Below are positions 53,675-62,634 of a DNA stretch of 64,000 nt, piece after piece. The DNA lies in assembly GCA_965116905.1 (NCBI GenBank), contig OZ220732.1, forward strand, positions 224,001 through 288,000, read 5' to 3'. Origin of the DNA: Longimicrobiales bacterium (lineage in GTDB: Bacteria > Gemmatimonadota > Gemmatimonadetes > Longimicrobiales > Gaopeijiaceae). The translations under genes and the position numbers were made by a program. Under the pieces are notes generated by a model. That model saw nothing but the letters and a program-made list of their open reading frames with translations. It was not told the DNA's origin and ran no database searches. Positions within the stretch are counted from its first letter, which is position 1; every line of letters starts with the position of its first letter.

Positions 53675-54874
53675 ATGCCCCGACCAGTCCGGCATCCGCG
53701 CCAACCCGCCGCTTCGCTCAGCCCGGCCACGATGGCGGCATGGGCGGTTCTGCTCCTGTCCACCAGCTTCCTTGAATCCGCCATGGCTCAACAGACCGCC
53801 AGACCCCGCGCCCGCGACCTGGGAATCACCGTCGGGGTCTTCGAACCCGGACAGCACAATGCCATCACCGATGTCGGGGGCGTCCTGGTGGGCCAGGTCA
53901 CCCGGATCGCAGGCGACGACATCCGCACCGGCGTGACGGCCATCCGGCCGCACGGCGGCAACCTCTACTTCAACCGCGTCCCGGCCGCCATGTACGTCGG
54001 CAACGGCTTTGGCAAGCTGCTGGGCGTGACACAGGTACGGGAACTGGGCGAACTGGAGACCCCCATCCTGCTGACCTGCACCCTGTGCGTGTGGAAGGCG
54101 GCCGACGCAATGGTCGAATGGGCGCTGGAGATGGAGGGCATGGAACGCGTCCGCTCCATAAACCCCGTGGTCGGCGAGACGAACGACGGGGGCCTGAACG
54201 ACATTCGCAATCGTCCCATCGGTCCCGGGCACGTCCGGGCGGCGCTCGACGGCGCCATGCCCGGTCCGGTCGAGGAGGGGGCGGTCGGTGCGGGCACGGG
54301 CACGTCGGCGTTCGGTTGGAAGGGAGGGATCGGCAGCAGTTCGCGGGTGCTGCCCGAGTCCCTCGGCGGGTACACGGTGGGGGTGCTGGTCCAGTCCAAT
54401 TTCGGCGGCATCCTGCAGATCGCGGGGGCGCCGGTCGGACGGGAGCTCGGCCGATACGCCTTTCGCAACCAGGTGGAGGAGCGTGATGGCGAGTCGCAGG
54501 GCTCGATCATGATGGTCGTGGCGACCGATGCGCCGCTCTCGGAGCGCAACCTCGAACGCCTGGCGATGCGGGCCGTCATGGGGCTGTCGCGAACCGGATC
54601 CTTTGCCAGCAACGGATCGGGGGACTACGTGCTGAGCTTTTCCACCGCTCCCGGCGTGCGACGGCGGCCGGGAGACGAGGTGCGAACGGTCGAGGACCTC
54701 GCCAACGACCGCATGTCGGCGCTCTTTCAGGCGACGGTGGAATCCACGGAAGAGGCGATCTACAACTCGATGTTCAAGGCGGAGACCGTCAGCAGCCGTT
54801 TCGGGACGCGCGAGGCACTCCCGATCGACGAGACGGTGGAGGTCCTGCGCCGCTACGGCGTGATTCGGGAGTGA
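53675..54874 (+). CDS. DmpA/P1 family (L-aminopeptidase/D-esterase) peptidase, secreted
   Basis: RPRARDLG, NAITDVGGVLVG, NGFGK, ETNDG, GAGTG, G|SIMMVVATDAPL autocleavage site, NGSGD. Confidence 0.92.
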   Translation: MPRPVRHPRQPAASLSPATMAAWAVLLLSTSFLESAMAQQTARPRARDLGITVGVFEPGQHNAITDVGGVLVGQVTRIAGDDIRTGVTAIRPHGGNLYFNRVPAAMYVGNGFGKLLGVTQVRELGELETPILLTCTLCVWKAADAMVEWALEMEGMERVRSINPVVGETNDGGLNDIRNRPIGPGHVRAALDGAMPGPVEEGAVGAGTGTSAFGWKGGIGSSSRVLPESLGGYTVGVLVQSNFGGILQIAGAPVGRELGRYAFRNQVEERDGESQGSIMMVVATDAPLSERNLERLAMRAVMGLSRTGSFASNGSGDYVLSFSTAPGVRRRPGDEVRTVEDLANDRMSALFQATVESTEEAIYNSMFKAETVSSRFGTREALPIDETVEVLRRYGVIRE

Positions 54875-54880
54875 CTTCGC

Positions 54881-56449
54881 TCACTTCACGAGCACCTGCC
54901 CGGCCTGAACTCCGGTGAACGCCGAGCTGAGGATCGCCGCCTCGCCGCCCACGAACAGGTGGACGACTCCGGACGACAGCTGGTGCGGCTCGGTAAAGGT
55001 CGCGTTGTCCCTGAAGTAGTCGGAGAACACCACGAGGTCCGCGACCATGCCCTCCTCGATCCGGCCGCGGTCCTCCATCCCCATCACTTCAGCGGGAAGC
55101 GCCGTCATGCTGCGCACCGCCGCCTCCACGGACATCACTTCGTCCTGGAAGACGAACTTGCCGATCTTGCGGGCGAATGCTCCATAGGACCGCGGATGCG
55201 GCACGCCCACGCCAAACAGCGGGAGCCCGCCGTCCGACGATGTCATCGTCCACTCACGGGTCATCAGGGTCAACAGGTCCTCCTCGCTCATGTTGAAGGA
55301 GACGATGGAGGGGCCGCCCTGAAGAATGAGTTCGAGTGCGACGTCGATGGGGTCCGCGTCGCGTTCCGCCGCAAGATCGGACAGCAGGCGTCCTTCGATG
55401 GAAGGGTCCTCCTCGAAGCGGCGGAACTGGATCCGGTCCGCGCCACCCCTGCGCGCGAGGTTCTCGACCATGGCCTCGCGGATTCGCGCGCGGGTGTCGC
55501 GGTCGGCCACCCGTTCCGCAAAGGCTCCGCTGCCCCCGGCCTGGGACCAGCGCGGAAGCAGTGCCGCCGACAGCCCGGTTGCCGAAGCCAGATAGGGGTA
55601 CTGGTCGGCATACACCGGCAGCCCTTCGTCGCGCGCGGTCTCGATACGCTCCACCATGGCTGCCGAGGAACCCCAGACGGGCGGGCCGAGCGCCTTGATG
55701 TGGGTCACAACGCCGGTAATCCCGGTCTGCCGGCTCACGTCGATGACCTCCTCGACCGCGGCCAGCACACCGATCGTGTAGTTCGATTCATCGCGGATAT
55801 GGCTCGTGTAGATGCCGCCGAATTCCGCGGCCACACGGGCCAGTTCGACCAGCTCCGCGTTCTCCGAATAGCTGCCGGGCGTGTAGAACGTGCCGGACGA
55901 CAGGCCCCACCCGCCCGCCTCCATTCCGGCCCGGACAAGCGCGCGCATCTCGTCCAGCTCGGCCTCCGTGGGAGCGCGGTCGTCGCTGGACATGACCCGC
56001 CCGCGCACCGACCCATGGCCGACGAGCTGGGCGACGTTCACCCCAAGGCCTTCTTCTTCCAGATCGGCGCGCTGTTCCACGAGGTCGACGGGACCGCCGC
56101 CATCCGGGTTCACCACGACCGTAGTCAGTCCCTGGGCCAGGAGTGGCTCCCCGTGACTGAGCTCGGCGGTCGCGAGCCCCGGTCCCGCGTGCGAGTGCGT
56201 ATCGATGAATCCCGGCGCGACGTACAGGCCGGTCACGTCGAGGATGGTCGTGGCAGCGGCGTCACTCAGGTCACCCACCCCCGCGACGAGGCCGTTGCGC
56301 ACACCGACATCCGCCACGACCGGGGGTGATCCCGTCCCATCCACGACACGGCCGCCCTGGAGGACGAGGTCGTAGGGGGCGGGCGAGCACGCCGCGAGGA
56401 AGGGCACGGAAAGGAGGGCGGCGGCTGTCGTTCTGAAGAGCGGCTTCAT
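54881..56449 (-). CDS. N-acyl-D-amino-acid deacylase (amidohydrolase), lipoprotein
   Basis: Lipobox LAAC; VVDGTG, PGFIDTHSH, SHIRDE, DQYPY, SSDG, HPRSYG. Confidence 0.9.
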   Translation of the reverse strand: MKPLFRTTAAALLSVPFLAACSPAPYDLVLQGGRVVDGTGSPPVVADVGVRNGLVAGVGDLSDAAATTILDVTGLYVAPGFIDTHSHAGPGLATAELSHGEPLLAQGLTTVVVNPDGGGPVDLVEQRADLEEEGLGVNVAQLVGHGSVRGRVMSSDDRAPTEAELDEMRALVRAGMEAGGWGLSSGTFYTPGSYSENAELVELARVAAEFGGIYTSHIRDESNYTIGVLAAVEEVIDVSRQTGITGVVTHIKALGPPVWGSSAAMVERIETARDEGLPVYADQYPYLASATGLSAALLPRWSQAGGSGAFAERVADRDTRARIREAMVENLARRGGADRIQFRRFEEDPSIEGRLLSDLAAERDADPIDVALELILQGGPSIVSFNMSEEDLLTLMTREWTMTSSDGGLPLFGVGVPHPRSYGAFARKIGKFVFQDEVMSVEAAVRSMTALPAEVMGMEDRGRIEEGMVADLVVFSDYFRDNATFTEPHQLSSGVVHLFVGGEAAILSSAFTGVQAGQVLVK

Positions 56450-56551
56450 CGTGCTACTCCGGATGATGAGGACGGTGCGACGGTTAGATTGTGCAGGTCG
56501 TCATGGCTGCCGTCCATGTCTTGCCACCGTCCACGTTCGCAGGAAGGCCCC

Positions 56552-57208
56552 ATGAGAATCCGTTGGACCGCCTTGCTGGCGGCCGCGCTACCCGTGCTCG
56601 CGAGCCCGGGCGCCGCTGCCCAGGTCACTCTCGGGATCGGCGTGGGCGCCAGCTCATCGGAGTTGATCGTGACCGGCCTTGCGATCGACTCCCAGGAGCC
56701 TCGCCGCGGCCCCGCGCTGTCGCTGTCGGCGGCGGTTCCCCTGTCCCGGCGATTCGGCGTCGAGTTCGCTGCCGGCCATATCCGGCGCGGCTCCACCTCG
56801 ACCTTGCTGCAACTCGGCGATGTCGACTACAGGATCCAGTATCTCCAGTTCTCGGCCCTGGGCAAGGCGAGCGTACCCGTGATCGGCGAGCGCTTGTCGG
56901 TTCACCTCCTCGCGGGTCCCGCGCTCCGCCTCGAGACCTCCTGCGAGCGGGAAGCGAGGCTCGTGCTGCAGCCGATCACCTACCTGGTGGAATGCGACGC
57001 TCCCGAAGCCGACTCGAGGACCGCGGCCGTCGACTATGCAGTGCTTGGAGGCGTCGGCGCCGGCCTGGCCACAACGTCGCGGCTGGGATTCAGGGTCGAT
57101 TTCATCTACTCACGCGGCCTCCGGTCCTTCTTCGAGAGCGCAACGGAAACCACCGCCAGGAATCGTGCCATTACGCTCCAGGCCGGGCTGGATTTCCCTA
57201 TCGGCTAG
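56552..57208 (+). CDS. Outer-membrane beta-barrel (porin-like) protein
   Basis: Signal peptide, alternating beta strands, Cys pair, C-terminal LQAGLDFPIG. Confidence 0.7.
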   Translation: MRIRWTALLAAALPVLASPGAAAQVTLGIGVGASSSELIVTGLAIDSQEPRRGPALSLSAAVPLSRRFGVEFAAGHIRRGSTSTLLQLGDVDYRIQYLQFSALGKASVPVIGERLSVHLLAGPALRLETSCEREARLVLQPITYLVECDAPEADSRTAAVDYAVLGGVGAGLATTSRLGFRVDFIYSRGLRSFFESATETTARNRAITLQAGLDFPIG

Positions 57209-58916
57209 GCACGATCGCGGCGCCCTCCCAGTCGGGATCGGCCACCCCCACCTTCTCGCCCGTCTCGCCGTTCACCCAGATGCCGTGAATCCGCCCGAAG
57301 GCGCCATCCCGCTCGACTTCCTGGACCTCCATGCCCCACGACTCGACTTCGGCGACCACCTCGGGCGACCATCCGATCCCGGGTGACGTCTCCATGGCGA
57401 TGCCCCCGTCGATCGGGTGGACCCGGGCCGCGGCCAGCGCATCGGGAAGGCTCATGCCCTGGTCGACGACGCGCAGGACGGCCTGCACCACCGCCGAGAT
57501 GATCCTCGCGCCGCCCGCCGCTCCGAGGACCAGCACGGGCTCGCCGTCCCGCACGACCATCAGCGGAGAGATGCTGGAGCGCGCCCGCTCACCGGGCTCC
57601 ATGTAGCCCAGGTAGCCGCCCAGCGTGGCCGCGTAGAGGAAACCCAGCCCCGGCGTCGCGACCTTCGAGCCGAGATTCGGACCGATGGTTTGCGTCAGCG
57701 CAACGTACATGCCGGCGCCGTCGGCCGCCGACAGGTGGGTCGTGTGCCCGTGCGCCGGCCCCCAGCCCGCGTCGTCCCAGTCGGCCGCGGCCAGAAGCAC
57801 ATCGGCGGCCGCAGGGGACCCGGCGGCCGCAGCCGCTCGGCGTACCGCGCCCGGGACCTCCAGCTCGGCCGCCATGTCCGCCGCCCAGCCCTTGTCGGTC
57901 ATGAAGGCCAGGTCGCCGCTCCCGCTTGCCCGCGCCTCGGCGCGCTCCGAGAATGCCTGGGCGACCGCCGCGCCCACGAGACCGGCCCAACTGTCGTGAT
58001 CCAGCGCACTCATGTCGAAGTTCTCGAGCATGTGCAGGATTCCGATCGTGACCGCGCCGGAAGCCGGGATGTCCGTGCCCACGAGGTCGTAGCCGCGGTA
58101 GCTCCCGCGCACGACGGGGGCGTCCACCGCCTGGTAGTCCGCCAGCGACCGGGCGGTCACCGCTCCCCCATGCGCCTCCATGTCCGCCACGATCCGCTCG
58201 GCGATCGCACCGCGGTAGAACGCGTCCGCGCCGCCCCGGGCGATGGCGCGCAGGGTCGCCGCGAGGTCCGGCTGGACGAAGAGGTCGCCGGCGGCGCGCG
58301 CTTCACCGCTCGGCGTCAGGTAGTGGGCGCGTGAACCCTCGAATTCGGCGAGCTGGTCGACGCCCGCCCCGTGACGCGCCGCTTCGCCGGGAAGAAGCCG
58401 GAACCCTTCCTCGGCCAGCGCGATCGCCGGCTCCATCACCTCTTCCAGCGACTTCGTGCCATGCTCGCGCAGGAGCTTTGTGAGTCCGGCGACGGCCCCC
58501 GGCACACCCACCGTCGGATACCCGTACGACGCCTGCGGCGCCGTCTCCGGATCGTACGTCGCTGGCGCCTGGGTGGTCGCGTCGATCCCGGCGAAGGTCC
58601 CGTCCGGCAGTCGCAACAGGATCTGGGTCCGGCCCCCGATGCTGTTCATGGACGGCTCCACAACCGATACGGCAAAGGCCGCCGCCACGGCCGCGTCAGC
58701 CGCGTTCCCGCCCGCCCGAAGCATCTCCGCGCCCGCCTCCGCCGCCAGCGGCTGCGCCGCAACCACCACACCGTCCGTCGACGACGCCACCTGCGGCGCC
58801 ACGGCCTCCGCCGCACCCGGCGCGCTGTCCGCAGGCGCGCAACTCCACACGCCCACCACCGCCACCGCAAACGCGCCGACCGCGCGCCAATGTCTCCGGT
58901 CGAACAGGTCGAACAT
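57198..58916 (-). CDS. Gamma-glutamyltransferase family protein (lipoprotein)
   Basis: GGNAADAAVA, VGVPGAVAG, FYRG, HTTH nucleophile, SSISP, GAAGG; lipobox VWSC; TGATG overlap with upstream gene. Confidence 0.9.
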   Translation of the reverse strand: MFDLFDRRHWRAVGAFAVAVVGVWSCAPADSAPGAAEAVAPQVASSTDGVVVAAQPLAAEAGAEMLRAGGNAADAAVAAAFAVSVVEPSMNSIGGRTQILLRLPDGTFAGIDATTQAPATYDPETAPQASYGYPTVGVPGAVAGLTKLLREHGTKSLEEVMEPAIALAEEGFRLLPGEAARHGAGVDQLAEFEGSRAHYLTPSGEARAAGDLFVQPDLAATLRAIARGGADAFYRGAIAERIVADMEAHGGAVTARSLADYQAVDAPVVRGSYRGYDLVGTDIPASGAVTIGILHMLENFDMSALDHDSWAGLVGAAVAQAFSERAEARASGSGDLAFMTDKGWAADMAAELEVPGAVRRAAAAAGSPAAADVLLAAADWDDAGWGPAHGHTTHLSAADGAGMYVALTQTIGPNLGSKVATPGLGFLYAATLGGYLGYMEPGERARSSISPLMVVRDGEPVLVLGAAGGARIISAVVQAVLRVVDQGMSLPDALAAARVHPIDGGIAMETSPGIGWSPEVVAEVESWGMEVQEVERDGAFGRIHGIWVNGETGEKVGVADPDWEGAAIVPSR

Positions 58917-59767
58917 CAGAAGGGCTCCCATCTGCTGAAGTACTGTGCCATCCATGCCGTCCCCGCCGGCAGGCTGCGCCCACGCAGCGCAAACCGGGCA
59001 CCCAGCTCGAGCGTCCCGGGCCCGATATCATACAGCAGGGAGGGCTGGAGTTGCACGAGTTCCCGCTGGAAGCTCGGGATCGGGATCCCCTCGGTGACGC
59101 CCGATGCTCCATCCCATCCGTCCACCGCCAGCCTGTATCCGGCCCGACCCGCCCGTCCGCCGAGTTGCACGAAATAGAAGAACTCGTTCCCGAAGTCCTT
59201 CCTCGATTCCATGTTCTCTTCACGCCACCGGTATCCCGCCCAGCCGGACAGGTACACCGAGCGCGGCCAGAACGAGTGACCCAGCTCGGCCATGACCTCC
59301 CAGTCGCGCTGCCCGTCTCCCAACGGGATGATCTCCGCATCGACGTCGAAGTCGCCGAGCGGGACTTTCGCGCCGCCGCGGATCGCGAACGGCAATGTGG
59401 GGTTCAGCCACGCAAGCGGCGCAACCCGCAGCCACACGCGGGTGTCCCCGAAGCCGGTCGACTCCCGCCGCCCGCCGACGTCGTCGTAGCGCAGACGGCT
59501 GAACGAGAACTGGGTCCAGAGGTCGACGCCGCCCACAAGCCCGATCGCCGTGGTGAGAAACGAGGAGGTCGTGACCGCATGGCCCTCGGCGAAGAACGAA
59601 CGAAGCTCACCGCCCGTCCCGAAGTGCTCGCGCGTGTCCTGGTGATAGGTTGCCAGCGCCACCCATCCCTTGCCCGGCGGCTCGACCCACTGTGGTGTGG
59701 CGTTCCTCGCGCCGCCGGCAACGAGGGCAAGGGCCAGCAGCGCCGGTGCTACGCGCGGAGCGGTCAC
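58916..59767 (-). CDS. Hypothetical outer-membrane beta-barrel protein
   Basis: Signal peptide; GFGDTRV, AKVPLG, PLGDGQ, amphipathic strands, terminal F; GTGA overlap. Confidence 0.7.
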   Translation of the reverse strand: MTAPRVAPALLALALVAGGARNATPQWVEPPGKGWVALATYHQDTREHFGTGGELRSFFAEGHAVTTSSFLTTAIGLVGGVDLWTQFSFSRLRYDDVGGRRESTGFGDTRVWLRVAPLAWLNPTLPFAIRGGAKVPLGDFDVDAEIIPLGDGQRDWEVMAELGHSFWPRSVYLSGWAGYRWREENMESRKDFGNEFFYFVQLGGRAGRAGYRLAVDGWDGASGVTEGIPIPSFQRELVQLQPSLLYDIGPGTLELGARFALRGRSLPAGTAWMAQYFSRWEPF

Positions 59768-60864
59768 TCCACAATCAGTTCCGTGCCGGGATGGAACCCG
59801 GCCCACGCGAGCCAGAACGCCACGTAGGCATCGGGTATGATGGAGAGTCGGCCGCCTTCGAGAGGCCCGGAAGCGGCCTGGCCAGCGGCAGTCCATGTCG
59901 AACCCGTCTCGTTGTCCACGATCGCGTCGTTCTCTATTCGAAAGGTAAGCCGCTGTTCTCCCACGACCGGCCTCACAGCCACGGCCGCGAATCTGTTCGA
60001 ATCCCACAGGACAGCCGCCGGCGCACCCGCATAGTCGAATTCGTGAACCCATGCCTTGCCGCGGGCTTCCATTGCGTGGAAGGGGAACGCGATGGGGTCG
60101 GCGCCGCTGATCGCCGGCAATCCCAGCACCCGCTCCTTGGGCGGACGCCGGTTGTCTTCGCGCGGAATAGGGAATCCGAGGTAGTCCGGGTTGTCCGGGA
60201 GCTCGTATGTGTTCCCGTAGGGGTTCACCCTGTAGCGGTCCACGTCGAGCAGATCCACACCCACGACCGTGGAGCCCGTGAACAGATCCCGCCAGCCGGC
60301 CCAGGTCATCTCCACCACGGGATGGCGCGTCAGCGCCTGGCCCATCCGCGATCCGCATGCGGCGGCTCCGCGCATCTGCGGCCACAGCGAGTCGTCCGAG
60401 TTCCGGTCGTACATGATCAGGTTGGCCTGAAACAGCAGCCCGGAAACCCCGAATTCCGCGCCGTCCACGGAGGACCGGTCGAAAGCCAGCGCGGAACCGG
60501 TCAGCGGGCAGTAGGTGACGGCGACCTGTTCGGAGCCGCGGCTCAGGTTCACGATTTCGTGGCGGTACATGATGTTGTGCGGTATCGCCAGCCACTCGCC
60601 GTCCAGAAAGACGCCGATCACACGGGAGTCGTCAGTCAGGTACGTGGTCTCCCCTTCGCTTTCGACCGGCACGAACGCCGGTTCCGTGAGCGCCGGGATG
60701 CCGTCGCGGCCGACGCCACCATCGGCGAGATAGGCCGGATTGAGATCACCGCAAACCAGATCTTCGGGGACCTGGCCGATCCGGATGTCGCCCTGGCACG
60801 CCACCGCCGGAATAACGAGTGCAACGATCACGGCCGTCGCGTAACCATATTGAATGCGCGACAT
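59764..60864 (-). CDS. DUF3179 domain lipoprotein
   Basis: Lipobox AVAC; DGIPAL, HEIVN, YCPLTGS, FGVSGLL, MYDR, SLWPQ, FWLAW..FHP. Confidence 0.88.
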   Translation of the reverse strand: MSRIQYGYATAVIVALVIPAVACQGDIRIGQVPEDLVCGDLNPAYLADGGVGRDGIPALTEPAFVPVESEGETTYLTDDSRVIGVFLDGEWLAIPHNIMYRHEIVNLSRGSEQVAVTYCPLTGSALAFDRSSVDGAEFGVSGLLFQANLIMYDRNSDDSLWPQMRGAAACGSRMGQALTRHPVVEMTWAGWRDLFTGSTVVGVDLLDVDRYRVNPYGNTYELPDNPDYLGFPIPREDNRRPPKERVLGLPAISGADPIAFPFHAMEARGKAWVHEFDYAGAPAAVLWDSNRFAAVAVRPVVGEQRLTFRIENDAIVDNETGSTWTAAGQAASGPLEGGRLSIIPDAYVAFWLAWAGFHPGTELIVE

Positions 60865-60888
60865 CGAAACCTCCCTGGACCGGAGCCC

Positions 60889-62634
60889 ATGCCAACAGGA
60901 ACGGAACACGACCTCCGACGGACCCTGCGCCGCATCGACGGTCGCGCCTACCCCGCGTACCGGGACCTGAGGGGCAACTGGCGTCTTCCCCCATACACTC
61001 TCGCGGTTCGCCGGGTCCAAGGCGACCCCTTTGCGGCTCCCAGCGCCGTCGCGGTCATCCTGGATCCGTCCACGGCGGACTTCGAGGCGGCCGCCTTTTC
61101 CACGCCACCCAGGCGTGTCGGCCTTTCCTGCCTCCTCGCCCGCACCTTCGCGGCCGCGGCCCGGGAAACGCGCGGCACGCGTGCGGGCAGCGGCAAACGC
61201 GCGGGCAGCGGCAGAAGCGGCGAAATCACCATGGCCGATCCGGGACAGGTGGTTCTCGCCAACACGGCCGTTGTCGTCGGCGACGATGGTTCGACCGAGG
61301 CACGCTTCACGGTCGGGCTCCCGGCTGCCGGGCGCCGCATCCTGGGCCGCACGGCAGAGCGCCTCCTGCTGGACACCCTTCCCGCGCTGGTCGAGCGCTC
61401 CCTCGTCGCCCGCGCGCACGCACCCGCCGTGGTCGCCCGTCATGTGGAGGCCAGCGAGGACGCGGACTTCCTGCGCGGCCTGCTCCGCGAGCGCGGCCTC
61501 GTCGCGTTCCTCGCCGACGGCTCCCTCCTGCCACGCCGGAGCGGCGTCGACGACCGTCCCCTTGCCGGCGACCGGGCCACGCGCTTCGAATCGCCACCCG
61601 GCCTGCGTGTCACGCTGGAGCGCCCGAACGGTCCTCCCGTCACCGGAATGGGAATACCTCGCGGCGTGACCCTGCTCGTGGGAGGCGGCTACCACGGCAA
61701 GTCCACCGTCCTGGACGCGGTCGCCCGGGGCGTCTACAACCACTGTCCCGGCGACGGGCGCGAACTCGTCGTCACCGATCCCACCGCGATGAAGGTCCAG
61801 GCCGAGGACGGCCGTTCGGTCGCGGGCGTCGACATCTCGCCATTCATCGGCACACTGCCGGGCGGCCAGGACACCACGGCCTTCTCCACCCCGAACGCCT
61901 CGGGATCGACCAGCCAGGCCGCCGCCATCGTCGAAGCGCTGGAGGCCGGTTCGCGGCTCCTGCTGATCGACGAGGACACGGCGGCCACCAATTTCATGAT
62001 CCGGGACCGGCGCATGCAGGCGCTGGTGAAGAGCGACGATGAACCGATCACCCCGTTCATCGACCGTGTGCGGGCCCTTTATGAAGATGTGGGGACCAGC
62101 ACGATTCTCGTCATCGGTGGTTCGGGAGACTACCTGGACGTGGCCGACCGCGTACTCGCGATGATCCGCTACCGTCCGCACGACGTGTCCATGGCTGCCC
62201 GGGACGTGGCCGCCGCCCACCCCACCGGCCGCCTCACCTCCCGCCGCCCCGTCGCCTGGCCCTCGCGGCATCGTGTTCCGGATCCCCGCTCCGTCAATCC
62301 CCGCCGGGGACGCAGGGCGCAGTACATCAAGGTCCGGGATCGCCGCACCGTGGACTTCGGAAAAGACCGCGTCGAACTGGCCGGGGTTCGTCAGATCGTC
62401 TCCCGTTCCCAGACCCGGGCGATTGCGCTGGCACTCGTTGTTGCGCGAAAGTTGATGGGCGAAGGAATGGCTGTAGAGGACATTCTGGATTCGCTCGCCG
62501 AATTGCTGAAACGCGATGGTCTCGACGTCCTGGACGCGGGCCGGCGCGGAGACCTCGCGGTTCCCCGTATGCAGGACATCGCGGCCGCCCTGGGTCGTCT
62601 GCGAACACTAACGCTGACTGGAGAAGGAAAGTGA
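60889..62634 (+). CDS. ABC-ATPase domain protein (PF09818-like predicted ATPase)
   Basis: IDG..Y.AYRDL, VQGDPFAAPS, GGGYHGKST, AEDGR, ASGSTSQAA, LIDEDT.ATNFMIRD. Confidence 0.88.
   Translation: MPTGTEHDLRRTLRRIDGRAYPAYRDLRGNWRLPPYTLAVRRVQGDPFAAPSAVAVILDPSTADFEAAAFSTPPRRVGLSCLLARTFAAAARETRGTRAGSGKRAGSGRSGEITMADPGQVVLANTAVVVGDDGSTEARFTVGLPAAGRRILGRTAERLLLDTLPALVERSLVARAHAPAVVARHVEASEDADFLRGLLRERGLVAFLADGSLLPRRSGVDDRPLAGDRATRFESPPGLRVTLERPNGPPVTGMGIPRGVTLLVGGGYHGKSTVLDAVARGVYNHCPGDGRELVVTDPTAMKVQAEDGRSVAGVDISPFIGTLPGGQDTTAFSTPNASGSTSQAAAIVEALEAGSRLLLIDEDTAATNFMIRDRRMQALVKSDDEPITPFIDRVRALYEDVGTSTILVIGGSGDYLDVADRVLAMIRYRPHDVSMAARDVAAAHPTGRLTSRRPVAWPSRHRVPDPRSVNPRRGRRAQYIKVRDRRTVDFGKDRVELAGVRQIVSRSQTRAIALALVVARKLMGEGMAVEDILDSLAELLKRDGLDVLDAGRRGDLAVPRMQDIAAALGRLRTLTLTGEGK

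Noticed and set aside
59764..60864. Selenoprotein recoding in DUF3179
   Set aside because: The ORF is uninterrupted; the motif is encoded as Cys (YCPLT) with no in-frame TGA.
59650..60888. N-terminal extension of the 994-aa ORF
   Set aside because: Antisense to DUF3179; ATPase homology starts at ATG 60889.
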